Numbered from the stretch's first letter, positions 48,398 through 57,918 are shown. The stretch: 64,000 nt of DNA from Caulobacteraceae bacterium (GCA_036511515.1 DATCCB010000076.1:2482-66481); one strand, 5' to 3'. Notes: generated from the sequence alone by a model not told the origin. A program made the numbers and translations.

Positions 48398-49207
48398 ATG
48401 ACCGCAGCGGCCTCCATCGGCGACGGACCGGTCAGCGTCCTCATCGAGGGCGCCATTGCCACGGTCACGCTCGAGCGCGGCGATCGGCTGAACGCGCTCT
48501 CGATCGAAGCCATGCAGGCCCTCCGACAGTCGGCCCTTCGCCTGCGCGAAGACACATCGACCATCGCCGTTGTGCTTACCGGCCGGCCGGTGTTTTCAGC
48601 CGGCGCCGACCTGGCTGACCCGGCGCTCGCCGCCCGCGCAGGCGCTTCCTTGGTCGAACGGCGCGAGATGTTGCGCCTCGGCCCGGATCTCTGCGCCGCA
48701 TGGGAAGCGCTGGACCAGGTGACCATCGCCGCGGTGGAGGGCTTCTGCCTGGGTGGGGCGCTGGCCCTCGCCGTCGCCTGCGATTTTCGCGTCGCCGGGA
48801 AGGGCGCGCACTTTCGGCTGCCGGAAATTCCCCTTGGCATGAACATGAGCTGGCACACCCAGCCAAGGCTGGTCGGCCTGATCGGTCCGGCCAGAACCAA
48901 GCAGCTGGTGATCCTCGGCGAACGTGTCGGCGCGCCCCAGGCCCTGGCCTGGGGCCTGATCGACGAGGTGTGTGAAGACGGGGCTGCCCTGTGCGCCGCC
49001 CGCGCCTGGGCGGCCAAGATAGCCGCGCTGCCGCCGCTCTCGGTGCGCATGGCCAAGCGCGCCATCACCCAGACGGCGACGGCCCTCAACCGCCTGGGCG
49101 CCTTCATGGACGGCGATCAATATGCCCTGGCCGCGCTCAGCGAAGATCACCGCGAGGCGGTGGCCGCCTTCTTTGAAAAACGCCCGCCAAGATTCACCGG
49201 GCGCTAG
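48398..49207 (+). CDS. Enoyl-CoA hydratase/isomerase
   Basis: LNAL, FSAGADL, IAAVEGFCLGG, LPEIPLG, AFFEKRPP.F.GR. Confidence 0.92.
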   Translation: MTAAASIGDGPVSVLIEGAIATVTLERGDRLNALSIEAMQALRQSALRLREDTSTIAVVLTGRPVFSAGADLADPALAARAGASLVERREMLRLGPDLCAAWEALDQVTIAAVEGFCLGGALALAVACDFRVAGKGAHFRLPEIPLGMNMSWHTQPRLVGLIGPARTKQLVILGERVGAPQALAWGLIDEVCEDGAALCAARAWAAKIAALPPLSVRMAKRAITQTATALNRLGAFMDGDQYALAALSEDHREAVAAFFEKRPPRFTGR

Positions 49208-49321
49208 GGCTGCGGCCTGGTCACGCCCGCCAAGTGCGCGTTCCGCGTTGTGGAAGGTTGCCAAGCCTGGGTTTCGAACGCGACGAGGCGACCCTGGCCG
49301 AGGCGCGGATTTCGGGCGCGA

Positions 49322-49651
49322 TCAGTTCGCCAGGCCGAGAAACACCAACACAGCCCGATTCAGCCGCATCATGTCTTCGTCGTCGAGGCGCCCCACGCGC
49401 GAGCCCAATTTCGAGCGCGGCACGGAGGCGATCTTGTCCACCATCAGACGGGATGGCGCGCGCAGGCCGTTCCTGTCGCTGGGGGCTACTTCTAGTCGGA
49501 AGATCGGCGCCTGGGTCGGATCGGTGGTGAACGCGCACACGGTCACCGAGGCGGTGGCGTCGAAACGGTCGTCTTGAACGACCAGGACAGGTCTTGGTTT
49601 GCCGTTATAGTCCTGACCCCCAGACATCGTCCAGATTTCGCCGCGGAACAC
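49322..49651 (-). CDS. mazF: Type II TA toxin, PemK/MazF family
   Basis: RGEIW...GKPRPVLVVQDD.F; NGL..PS.LMVDKI. Confidence 0.92.
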   Translation of the reverse strand: MFRGEIWTMSGGQDYNGKPRPVLVVQDDRFDATASVTVCAFTTDPTQAPIFRLEVAPSDRNGLRAPSRLMVDKIASVPRSKLGSRVGRLDDEDMMRLNRAVLVFLGLAN

Positions 49652-49870
49652 TCAGAGTCCTCTATCGGCGACCTGGTCAATGAAAGCCTGATCCTCGCGT
49701 TCATGAGGGCTGGCGGCCACGGCTAGGGATTGGCGACGCGCCTCCGCGGCGAAGCCGGCTGACCGCACATCCGGCGCCCAGATCTGGATCGGCCGCAGTC
49801 CTTGACTCCGCAAGCGCTCTCGGTGCGCTTTCACCTTTTCCCTGGAGGGTTTGGGGGATTGGGATGACAT
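49652..49870 (-). CDS. DUF3018 MazE-like antitoxin
   Basis: REKV.AHRERLR.QGLRPIQIW.PDVR...F..EARRQS; abuts the toxin; AAGGAG RBS. Confidence 0.9.
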   Translation of the reverse strand: MSSQSPKPSREKVKAHRERLRSQGLRPIQIWAPDVRSAGFAAEARRQSLAVAASPHEREDQAFIDQVADRGL

Positions 49871-49880
49871 CACGAACTCC

Positions 49881-49910
49881 TTCGACGGTTACATGTAACC
49901 CACCGTCGAA
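49881..49910. promoter_or_regulatory. Palindromic operator upstream of the TA operon
   Basis: Perfect 14-bp palindrome GGTTACATGTAACC (49887-49900) overlapping TTCGACGGT/ACCGTCGAA inverted arms. Confidence 0.65.
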
Positions 49911-49926
49911 TTGTTGACCACCACGA

Positions 49927-50178
49927 TCATTCCCCCTGCGGCGTCGTGCGGAAATAAGGTTCCACCTCGCCGCTGAGCTTGATGGTCATCGGGTCGCCCC
50001 GTCGATCGCGCGTCGCGCCGACCGCCAGCCGCACCCAGTTTTCGCTGACGCAGTATTCCTCGACGTTGGTCTTTTCGACGCCCTTGAAGCGGACCCCGAC
50101 ACCCCGCGCCAGCACCGCCTCGTCGTAATGCGGGCTGCTTGGATTGGTGGATAGCCGGTCGGGCGGCGTGTCGGTCAA
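49927..50178 (-). CDS. DUF3297 family protein
   Basis: TDTPPDRLS.NP.SP.Y, GVRFKG.EKTNVEEYCVSE.WVR, G.VEPYF; TTG start. Confidence 0.85.
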   Translation of the reverse strand: MTDTPPDRLSTNPSSPHYDEAVLARGVGVRFKGVEKTNVEEYCVSENWVRLAVGATRDRRGDPMTIKLSGEVEPYFRTTPQGE

Positions 50179-50206
50179 GAAGCTCTGCCTTTCGTCACTG
50201 CGGCCC

Positions 50207-50313
50207 CGCGCCCCCTCCACCACCCGCTTGCGCGGGAGGATTTCTTAGACTTCTGCCCCGCAACGCGGGGAACGCAGCGGGGCGCGATTAGCGCCGTGAC
50301 GGAAGGGGCGCAA
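50207..50313. repeat. CIR-like palindromic repeat (family A, copy 3; reversed, internally deleted)
   Basis: Ends CGCGCCCCCTCC and GTGACGGAAGGGGCGCAA match the reverse complement of copies 1 and 2. Confidence 0.8.
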
Positions 50314-50345
50314 GGCAAATCCAATTGCGTTGGGCCGCGCTGGAG

Positions 50346-51413
50346 TCACACCGTCCCGACGGAGGCCGCGACCAAGCTGGCGATCTCGTCGGCGGCGGCT
50401 TCCTGGGCGGCGTCCGACAGCGCGGGCATATCGATCACGCCGATGCGCAGGCGGCTGTCGGTGCGGCTCGAGCGGCGGTAGGCGGGATCGTAGTGATGCT
50501 CGATCAGCTCGGCGGCGAGGGCCTCATAGGCGCCGGCGTCGGCCAAGTCCCGCCAGGATTTTACGCGCGCGGCGCCATGACGGCCAGGGAGTCTGGCCAG
50601 GATGGCCGCCAGGGCCTCGCGATCCTGGACGACATCGCCGTAGGCCGAGACGAGGTAGCCGGCGCGGGCCGGCGCGCTGGCCCGGATTTCGATGCGTGGC
50701 GCGGTCAGCATCGCCTTCCACAGGGTAGGCGGATTCATCCTCTGGCCGATCTTGCTCGACTCCGCCTCGACGACGACCGGGCGGGCCGGATCGAGGGCCT
50801 CGAGCCCGGCGAGCAGACGCGATTCGAACATCTTCTGGCTGGGCTGCGGACGCCCCGCCATGGCCCCGAACACCGAGCCGCGATGCTCCGCCAGACCTTC
50901 GAGGTCGAGGGTCTGCACGCCCCGCGCCGCCAGCCGGCCCAGGATCTCGGTCTTGGCGCAGCCGGTGTCGCCGTCCAGCAGGATCACCCGCGGCGGTGGC
51001 AATCCGTCATAGAGACGGGCGGTGACCTGGCGGCGGTAGGTCTTATAGCCGCCCGCCAGGACGCTGACCCGCCAGCCGACCTGCGAGAGCACCGTGGCCA
51101 TGGCGTTGGAACGCTGGCCTCCCCGCCAGCAATAGACCAGCGGCGCGTAGGCGCCATCGCGGTCGGCAAGCGGGCCCTGCAGGTGGCCGGCGATGTTGCG
51201 GGCGACGTAGGCGGCGCCGATGCGCCGGGCGCGCAGCCGCGAATCCTGGACATAGATGGTTCCGACCTCGGCGCGCTCCTCATTGCCGAGCACCGGCAGG
51301 TTGATGGCGCCCGGGATGTGGTCCTCGGCGAATTCCGCCGGGCTGCGCACGTCGAGGATCTCAGCGAACCGCGACAGGCTCGAGCGGTCGGCTTTTTCGA
51401 TCACGTCAATCAC
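50346..51413 (-). CDS. mnmH: tRNA 2-selenouridine synthase
   Basis: Rhodanese DVRSPAEF.EDHIPGA, YCWRGGQRS; P-loop G.TGCAKT; DLEGLAEHRGS.FG; EAES.KIG. Confidence 0.95.
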   Translation of the reverse strand: MIDVIEKADRSSLSRFAEILDVRSPAEFAEDHIPGAINLPVLGNEERAEVGTIYVQDSRLRARRIGAAYVARNIAGHLQGPLADRDGAYAPLVYCWRGGQRSNAMATVLSQVGWRVSVLAGGYKTYRRQVTARLYDGLPPPRVILLDGDTGCAKTEILGRLAARGVQTLDLEGLAEHRGSVFGAMAGRPQPSQKMFESRLLAGLEALDPARPVVVEAESSKIGQRMNPPTLWKAMLTAPRIEIRASAPARAGYLVSAYGDVVQDREALAAILARLPGRHGAARVKSWRDLADAGAYEALAAELIEHHYDPAYRRSSRTDSRLRIGVIDMPALSDAAQEAAADEIASLVAASVGTV

Positions 51414-53613
51414 CGGGCGCCTCGCGCCGCACCGTCACCCGAGCCTCGCCCCCATCGTCAGCCAGGAGTTCGCCGACCACCCATGCGTCCTGACCGGCGG
51501 CCCTGAAGGCGTCGACCACTGCCGCCGCGGCGGCGCGCGGCAAGGCGGCCAGAAGGCCGCCGGCTGTCTGAGGATCGAACAGCAGGGTGAAGCGGGGGTC
51601 GCCGCGTATCTGCTCGCATGCAGCAACCGGAAGGCGCGCATTTTGCGGATAGAGCGAGCTGCTGACCCCGGCCGCGGCGAGGTCGACCGCGCCATCGGCC
51701 CACGGCACCGCGTCCAGCCACAGCTCGGCCCTGACCCTCGAAGCCTGCGCCATGGCGTGCAGATGGCCGGCCATGCCAAAGCCGGTGACATCGGTCATGG
51801 CGGTCGCGGAGTCACGCAGCCGCGCCGCCGCCGCGCCGCTCGACGCGGTCATCTGGCGAAGAGCGGCCGCCACCCATTCGCCCCTGGCCAGCCCGCGCAT
51901 CTCGGCGGCGAGAACCGTTCCAACTCCGATCGGCTTGGTCAGGATCAGCAGATCGCCGGCGCGGGCGCCATCGAGGCCGATCGGCGGCCGCTCATCGGTC
52001 AGTCCGGTGACCGTCAGTCCAAGGATCAGCTCGGCCCCGGCGCTGGTGTGTCCGCCGACCAGATCGGCCCCGGCCGCGCGCAGGGCCGTCTGCATCGCAG
52101 CGAGGACTTCGGCCAGAGTATCGCCCTGCTTGGCGTCGCTCATCGGCGGCAGAACGATCGAGGCCAGGGCCGCCTGCGGCGCCGCGCCCATGGCCCAGAC
52201 GTCGCCCATCGCGTGTTCGGTGACGATCTGGGCGAAGACGTAGGGATCCTCGGTAAAGGCGCGGAAATGGTCGCTGGTGATCACCTGCGCGCCGCCCGCG
52301 CCCCGGGGCCCCCAGGCGAGCACGGCGGCGTCGTCGCCGGCGCCGCGCAGGACGTCTGCCCGCCCCGGCGGGGAAAGCCGCGCCAGGGCGGCGTGGAGCG
52401 TCGCCGCCCCGACCTTGGATCCGCAACCGCCGCAGAGCGGGTCCTTCGCCTCCAGTTCCACCAATCCCAGCGCGGCGGGACCGGACCGGGGCGACGGCGG
52501 CGCCATCGCCGGCAAGGCGGCGAACCTGGCCATGAACCGTCGGTCGATCAGCCTCTTCCAAGCCCAGAGGGGGCGACCCTGCAGCGCAAGACCCCACTTC
52601 TCCGCCACCGCATCCGCGCCTCCGAGGCCGATCAGCTTCAGATGGTCGCGCTGTGGACGAAAGGGCTGAAGCCGGCCGCCGGTCAGCGCCGCCCGCAGGT
52701 TGAAGTCGAGCGCCGGACCCTGGCGCACGGCGTAGACACCGGCCTTGGCGCGCGGCGCGCCGTCGATGGCCCCGATATCGCCGACGGCGAAGATGTTGGC
52801 ATGGCTGACGCTGCGCAGGCAGGCGTCGGTGCGCACGAACCCGTCGGCCAGGGCCACGCCGGTCGACGCGAGCCACGGCGCCGGCCGGGCGCCGGCCGCC
52901 TCGGCGACGAAGCCGGCGTCGTGTCGCCAGTCCTCACCTCGCTCTGCGGTGATCACCCGAACGCCCGCTCGCTCGAGGCTGGCCGACAGCAGTGCGCGCA
53001 CGGCGGCGCTGGCGGAGAGCGCTATGCGAGGCTCCCGCTCGACGAGGGTGACGCTGACCGCGCGCCGTTCGGGCGACTCGACCAGGAGCCGTTGGGCCAT
53101 GGCCAAGGACAGTTCGATGCCGCCGATCCCGGCGCCGATCACCGTCGCGTGCGGCGGACGCCGACCGGCGCGCACGTCCGCGATGAAGCTTTCCCAGGCC
53201 AAAGCGAAGGCCGCCATCGGCTTGGCCGGCGTCCCGACGGGGTCCGCGCCTGGCATGCCCATCTGAGATGTGACGCCGATGTCGAGGGAGGCGACGTCGA
53301 AGGCGATGGGCGGGCGACCGGCCAGCGTGGCCATTCCGGCCGCCAGGTCGAGCCCGGTGACGGTGTCCAGGACCAGCCGCGCGCCGGCGAAACGCGCCAG
53401 CTTGACCAGGTCGATGGCCAGGTCGTCGCGGGCATAGCAGCCGGCCACATGGCCCGGAAGCATGCCGGTGTAGAGGACGCTCGGCTCGGGATTGACCAGG
53501 CTCACACGCACCCCGGCGAGCGGGGCCATCCCCCACCGGCGCAGCGCGATCGCATGGGCATGGCCGCCGCCGATGAGCAGGAGATCGCGGGTGACCGCGG
53601 CCGGCGGCCCCAT
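51406..53613 (-). CDS. selD: Selenide,water dikinase fused to an N-terminal FAD-dependent oxidoreductase domain
   Basis: GGGHAH and YTGMLPG N-domain; KAGVYAVRQG; CGGCGSKV, GDDAA, GGHT, LTKPIG.G, TDVTGFG.AGHL, DPQTAGGLL. Confidence 0.93.
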   Translation of the reverse strand: MGPPAAVTRDLLLIGGGHAHAIALRRWGMAPLAGVRVSLVNPEPSVLYTGMLPGHVAGCYARDDLAIDLVKLARFAGARLVLDTVTGLDLAAGMATLAGRPPIAFDVASLDIGVTSQMGMPGADPVGTPAKPMAAFALAWESFIADVRAGRRPPHATVIGAGIGGIELSLAMAQRLLVESPERRAVSVTLVEREPRIALSASAAVRALLSASLERAGVRVITAERGEDWRHDAGFVAEAAGARPAPWLASTGVALADGFVRTDACLRSVSHANIFAVGDIGAIDGAPRAKAGVYAVRQGPALDFNLRAALTGGRLQPFRPQRDHLKLIGLGGADAVAEKWGLALQGRPLWAWKRLIDRRFMARFAALPAMAPPSPRSGPAALGLVELEAKDPLCGGCGSKVGAATLHAALARLSPPGRADVLRGAGDDAAVLAWGPRGAGGAQVITSDHFRAFTEDPYVFAQIVTEHAMGDVWAMGAAPQAALASIVLPPMSDAKQGDTLAEVLAAMQTALRAAGADLVGGHTSAGAELILGLTVTGLTDERPPIGLDGARAGDLLILTKPIGVGTVLAAEMRGLARGEWVAAALRQMTASSGAAAARLRDSATAMTDVTGFGMAGHLHAMAQASRVRAELWLDAVPWADGAVDLAAAGVSSSLYPQNARLPVAACEQIRGDPRFTLLFDPQTAGGLLAALPRAAAAAVVDAFRAAGQDAWVVGELLADDGGEARVTVRREAPGD

Positions 53614-53623
53614 CGACGCGGCC

Positions 53624-54424
53624 CTAGCCAAATCGCACGGACGCCCCGCCATCCACCGCCAGCACCACGCCGGTGATGAACTTCGCCTCGTCGCTGGCCA
53701 GGAACAGGGCCGCGTTGGCGACATCCCAGGCCGTGCCCATCTTGCCGCCCAGGGGCACGCGGGCGTTGCGGGCGGCGCGGACACTCTCGACGCTTTCCCC
53801 CCGCGCCTTGGCGATGTTTTCGATGGCCATCGGCGTGTCCATCAGGCCGGGCATGATCGCGTTGCAGCGAATGCCGTGGCGGGCGTTCAGGGCCGCGGTC
53901 GATGTGGTCAGCTTGTTGACCCCGGCCTTGGATATTTCATAGGCGATGATGTTCGCCGGCGCGATCGCCGCCAGCGACGATATGTTGACGATCGCCCCGC
54001 CGCCGGCAGCGCGCATCACCGGCAGGGCGTGCTTGATGGTCAGCCACATGCCCTTGAGATTGACGGCGATGATCGTCTCCCACGCCGCCTCTTCCAGACG
54101 CTGGACCGAGCCGTCGCCCGAACCGATGCCGACGTTGTTGTGCAGGATGTCGAACCTTCCCAGCCGCGCGCCGCCCTCGGCGACCAGGGCCCGGCAGTCG
54201 GCCTCGCGGGTAATGTCGGCCTTGAAGGCATGGGCCTCGCCGCAGTCGGCCGCGATCATGGCCACGGTTTCGCGCGCCGAGGCCAGGTCCCTGTCGACAC
54301 AGAGCACGCGCGCGCCCTCGCGGGCGAAGAGGATCGCCGTCGCACGGCCGTTGCCGATGGTCGAGCCCGGCGTCTGACCGGCGCCAACGACCACCGCGGC
54401 CTTGCCCGCGAGCCTGCCGGTCAT
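53624..54424 (-). CDS. SDR family oxidoreductase
   Basis: GAG...IGNG, NNVGI, NISS, YEISK, PGLMDT. Confidence 0.92.
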   Translation of the reverse strand: MTGRLAGKAAVVVGAGQTPGSTIGNGRATAILFAREGARVLCVDRDLASARETVAMIAADCGEAHAFKADITREADCRALVAEGGARLGRFDILHNNVGIGSGDGSVQRLEEAAWETIIAVNLKGMWLTIKHALPVMRAAGGGAIVNISSLAAIAPANIIAYEISKAGVNKLTTSTAALNARHGIRCNAIMPGLMDTPMAIENIAKARGESVESVRAARNARVPLGGKMGTAWDVANAALFLASDEAKFITGVVLAVDGGASVRFG

Positions 54425-54426
54425 GC

Positions 54427-55206
54427 TCAGCCGTCCTCGCGATCCAGATGGGCCGTGTGCAGAAAGTCGAGCACCGCGGCGTTGAAGTCCGCCGGCTGGT
54501 CGATGTTGGAGGCGTGACCCGCGCCGTAGATGACCACTTTCTTGGCTCCGGGGATCTTGGCGGTCATGTAGGCGCTGGCGCCAAGGAACGGCGCATCGTC
54601 GGCGCCGACCACCACCAGGGAAGGCACGGCGATGGTCGGCAGGCTGGCCATCACCCGCGCGTCCTTCTGGGTCAGCATGCCGCGCGCCGCCCGCGCCAGT
54701 CCCTCGGCGGAACGGTGGGTGCTGGCGCGCACCTCGGGGCTGCCCGCCGCCACCCGGCCGAGACCGTCGCGCTGATAGCGTTCGGCCGTACGCAGGGCGT
54801 TGCGGTTCCACCCCTCCCGCGCCTCGTCGTTGCGATAGCCGGGGCCGGTGTCGATGATCAGCAGCGCCCGCACGCGATCGGGGTGGGCCAGATGAAAGGC
54901 CAGGCTCATGTAGCCGCCCAGCGACAGCCCGCCGACGATCGCCCTTTTCACGCCGACCGCATCGAGCAGGGCCGCCATGTCGGCCACCGTCGCCGCTTCG
55001 CTGTAGGCGTCATCGTCGGTCGGATAGTCAGAGCGGCCATGGCCGCGCATGTCCCAGACGATGACCGTGAAGTCCCTGGATAGCGGCTCGATCTGCCCCC
55101 CCCACATCTGCGAGGTCGCCGAATAGCCGTGGCTGAGCAGCAGCGGCGGCCCCGCGCCATGCACCTCGCAATAGATCTTGACCCCGTCGCGATTGACCGT
55201 GGGCAT
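54427..55206 (-). CDS. Alpha/beta hydrolase
   Basis: HG, WDMRGHGRS, GLSLGG, AGH. Confidence 0.9.
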   Translation of the reverse strand: MPTVNRDGVKIYCEVHGAGPPLLLSHGYSATSQMWGGQIEPLSRDFTVIVWDMRGHGRSDYPTDDDAYSEAATVADMAALLDAVGVKRAIVGGLSLGGYMSLAFHLAHPDRVRALLIIDTGPGYRNDEAREGWNRNALRTAERYQRDGLGRVAAGSPEVRASTHRSAEGLARAARGMLTQKDARVMASLPTIAVPSLVVVGADDAPFLGASAYMTAKIPGAKKVVIYGAGHASNIDQPADFNAAVLDFLHTAHLDREDG

Positions 55207-55223
55207 TTGCGTTGTCCTTTCTT

Positions 55224-55287
55224 CGGAGCGCGGGCTTCCAGCCCGCCGTTCCTCGCTTGCAAGAGCGGGCTGGAAGCCCGCGCTCCG
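55224..55287. repeat. Inverted pair of GGAG-type REP-like elements (family B, copy 2)
   Basis: CGGAGCGCGGGCTTCCAGCCCGC / GCGGGCTGGAAGCCCGCGCTCCG perfect inverted pair. Confidence 0.88.
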
Positions 55288-55291
55288 GATT

Positions 55292-56071
55292 CTAGCTCCC
55301 CGTGAAAACCCCCGCGCGGCGTTCGTTGACCGCGCGGACGCCCTCGGCGAAGTCGGCGGTCTTGCGCAGGCGAGTCTGCTGGACCAGCTCGTGGTCGGTC
55401 TGGGCTTTGACCGCGGCGGCGAGGCCGGCGCGCATCGTCGCGCGAGTGGCCTGGACGGCCAACGGCGCGTTCTCGGCGATCTCGCGCGCCAGGTCCAACG
55501 CCGCGCCGCGCAGCTCATCGAGCGGCACGAGCTGATCGACCAGGCCCCAGGCGAGCGCCTCCTCACCCTTGATCCGCCGGCCGGTCAGGCACATCAGCTG
55601 CGCGCGCTGCAGCCCGATCACCCGCGGCAGGGTATGGGTGACGCCGAACCCTGGATGGAAACCCAGCTTGACGAAGTTCGAAGTGAAGCGCGCTTGCGGC
55701 GCGGCGACGCGGAAGTCGGCGACCAGCGCCAGGCCAAGGCCCGCGCCGACCGCCGCACCCTGCACCGCCGCCACGATCGGTTTTTTGGCCGAAAACAGCC
55801 GCACCGCCTGCACATAGAGCGGATTGATCCCCTCCATGCCGGATCCCGCCACGCCGGTGGGGGAGGCGAGGTCCGCGCCGGCGCAAAAGCTCTTGCCGGC
55901 GCTCATCAGCACGCTGGCGCGCAGGTCGCGTTCGGCGTCGATGTCTTCAAGCGCGTCGGCCAGCCTGGCCATCAGTTCGACGCTGACGAAGTTGTGCGGA
56001 GGCCGGTCGATGGTCAGCATCGCCACCGCCCCGTCGCGCCGAAGCGAGATGTCCCCGTACTGGTCTTTCAT
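55292..56071 (-). CDS. Enoyl-CoA hydratase/isomerase
   Basis: FCAGADL, KPIVAAVQGAAVGAG, LGFHPGFG; ATGA overlap with pyrE. Confidence 0.92.
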   Translation of the reverse strand: MKDQYGDISLRRDGAVAMLTIDRPPHNFVSVELMARLADALEDIDAERDLRASVLMSAGKSFCAGADLASPTGVAGSGMEGINPLYVQAVRLFSAKKPIVAAVQGAAVGAGLGLALVADFRVAAPQARFTSNFVKLGFHPGFGVTHTLPRVIGLQRAQLMCLTGRRIKGEEALAWGLVDQLVPLDELRGAALDLAREIAENAPLAVQATRATMRAGLAAAVKAQTDHELVQQTRLRKTADFAEGVRAVNERRAGVFTGS

Positions 56072-56598
56072 GGGCGGGTCAGCTCCGATTGCAGAAAAGC
56101 CGCGTGGACCGGTATGTCCGGCAACACGGCTATGGCCGGATCGCCCGCCCCGCGCCAGACCGCGCAGACCACGGCGCCGATGATCCCGCCCTCCTCGCGC
56201 ATCAGCACGGCGGCATCCCCGATCGCCCCGCCGGTGGAAATCACGTCCTCGATGACCGCCAGGGTCTTGCCGTCGATCCGCGCTCCCTCGACCGCGCGGC
56301 AGGTCCCGTAGGTCTTGCGCGCCTTGCGTACGAACACCGCCGGCAGGCCGCATTCCAGCGACATCGCCGTGGCGATCGGCACGCCGCCGAGCTCGAGCCC
56401 CGCCAGGATCTGCGTCGCCGGCGGCAGCAGGTCGATCATCCGCCGTGCGATCCGCCGCAAGAGTTTGGGGTCGGATTCGAAGCGAAACTTGTCGAAATAC
56501 TCTCCCGAGATCGCTCCGCTGCGCAGCACGAAGCGGCCGGTGAGGTGCGCGGCGGCGACCAAATCGGCGGCCAGGGCCGGATCGGCCGGCGGCCTCAT
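56068..56598 (-). CDS. pyrE: Orotate phosphoribosyltransferase-like PRTase
   Basis: G.FVLRSG..S..YFDK, GLELGGVP, VRK..K.YGT, IEDVISTGG PRPP loop. Confidence 0.85.
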   Translation of the reverse strand: MRPPADPALAADLVAAAHLTGRFVLRSGAISGEYFDKFRFESDPKLLRRIARRMIDLLPPATQILAGLELGGVPIATAMSLECGLPAVFVRKARKTYGTCRAVEGARIDGKTLAVIEDVISTGGAIGDAAVLMREEGGIIGAVVCAVWRGAGDPAIAVLPDIPVHAAFLQSELTRP

Positions 56599-57776
56599 CG
56601 CTTGGAGCCCAGCAGATTTCGGGCCACCACCCATTTGTGCACCTCGGTCGGCCCGTCATAGATGCGCATGGTGCGAAGCTTCGCCGCCATCAGCTGCAGC
56701 GGCATCTCCTTGGTCATGCCCATGGCCCCGAAGGTCTGCATGGCGTGGTCGACCACCTCGAAGGCCATCTCGGTGGCGAAGGCCTTGATCATCGAAACCT
56801 CGAGGCGCGCCTCGCGGCCCTGGTCGAGCTTCCACGCGCAGTCGTAGGTCATCAGCCGCGCGGCGTGGATCTTGGTCGCGGCGTCCGCCACCCACCATTG
56901 GATCGCCTGCCGCTCCGATAGCGGCTGGCCGAAGGTCACCCGTTGCGGCGCATATTCGCAGATCATCTCCAGGGCCCGCTGGGCCATGCCGATCGACCAG
57001 GCCGCCATTTCCAGGCGACGGGTGCCGAGGCGAATCTGCATCGGCGCGAACCCCTGACCCTCGACGCCCAGGAGCTTCCAGCCCTCGACGCGGCAGTCCT
57101 CCAGCGCCACTTCATAGGTCACGGCCCCGCCGACCATGGGGATGGCGCGCAGGACGTTGAAGCCGGGCGTCCCCTTGTCGACGAGGAAGGCCGAGATGCC
57201 GCCCCTTGCGCGTTTTTCCTTGTCGGTCACCGCCATCAGGATGGTGAAATCGGCGTCCTTGGCCCGCGAGATCCAGATCTTGCGGCCATTGATCACCCAG
57301 TCGTCGCCCCCATCCTTGCCTGGGACCCGCACCGCGCGGGTGATCATCCCGGCCGGATCGCCGCCGGCCCCCGGCTCGGAGATGCCGATCGCCGACGTCG
57401 TCTCGCCGCGCACGTAGGGGGCCAGATAGGTTTCGCGCTGGCGGTCGTTGACCGTGGCCATCAGCATCCGCAGGTTCGGCGAATCCGGCGGCAGGGTGTA
57501 GGGCGTCACCGTCCCGCCCAGATGCTCGTTGACCGCGACCAGGGCGACCAGCGGCAGATCGGCGCCGCCGACGTCGCCGGGCGCATCCAGGCCCCAGAGA
57601 CCCAGGGTCTTCGAGACCTCGTCCAGACGACGATGTTCGACAGCGCCCAGCCCCAGGCCCTGGCCCACGGCCTCGCGCGCCAGCACGCCGGCCTCGAGCG
57701 GCATCAGCTCGTCCTTGACGAACCGCCCGACGAGATCGGCCAGCATCCGATGCTCTTCACAAAGCTCGAAGTCCAA
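56595..57776 (-). CDS. Acyl-CoA dehydrogenase
   Basis: ISEPGAGGD, INGRKIWIS, R.TFGQPLSERQAIQW, FGAMG, RIYDGPTEVHK; TTG start at LDFEL. Confidence 0.93.
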   Translation of the reverse strand: MDFELCEEHRMLADLVGRFVKDELMPLEAGVLAREAVGQGLGLGAVEHRRLDEVSKTLGLWGLDAPGDVGGADLPLVALVAVNEHLGGTVTPYTLPPDSPNLRMLMATVNDRQRETYLAPYVRGETTSAIGISEPGAGGDPAGMITRAVRVPGKDGGDDWVINGRKIWISRAKDADFTILMAVTDKEKRARGGISAFLVDKGTPGFNVLRAIPMVGGAVTYEVALEDCRVEGWKLLGVEGQGFAPMQIRLGTRRLEMAAWSIGMAQRALEMICEYAPQRVTFGQPLSERQAIQWWVADAATKIHAARLMTYDCAWKLDQGREARLEVSMIKAFATEMAFEVVDHAMQTFGAMGMTKEMPLQLMAAKLRTMRIYDGPTEVHKWVVARNLLGSKR

Positions 57777-57869
57777 TCGCGGCGCCCTTCCCCATGTTCG
57801 TCGTTCACCTGAACCCTGGGCGCGGCTTAAGGCAAGTCTCGCCAAGGAACACGTGGCGCTGGGCGGTAG

Positions 57870-57918
57870 ACCCCCTTCCCCTGCTTCGCGGGTACTCCCC
57901 CCAAAGAGGGGGGAAGAG
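57870..57918. repeat. Half CIR-like hairpin element
   Basis: CCCCTTCCCCTGCTTCGCGGGTACTCCCCCCAAAGAGGGGGGAAGA resembles one arm of the other palindromic repeats. Confidence 0.55.

Noticed and set aside
49208-49321. Possible gene remnant (LGFERDEATLAEARI) next to the toxin
   Set aside because: Too short to assign without a search.
51406-53613. Selenocysteine recoding in selD or nearby genes
   Set aside because: The active site is Cys (CGGCGSK); no in-frame TGA read-through candidate or tRNA-Sec was seen.
51256-53676. 806-aa plus-strand ORF
   Set aside because: Antisense to selD, with no recognisable motifs.
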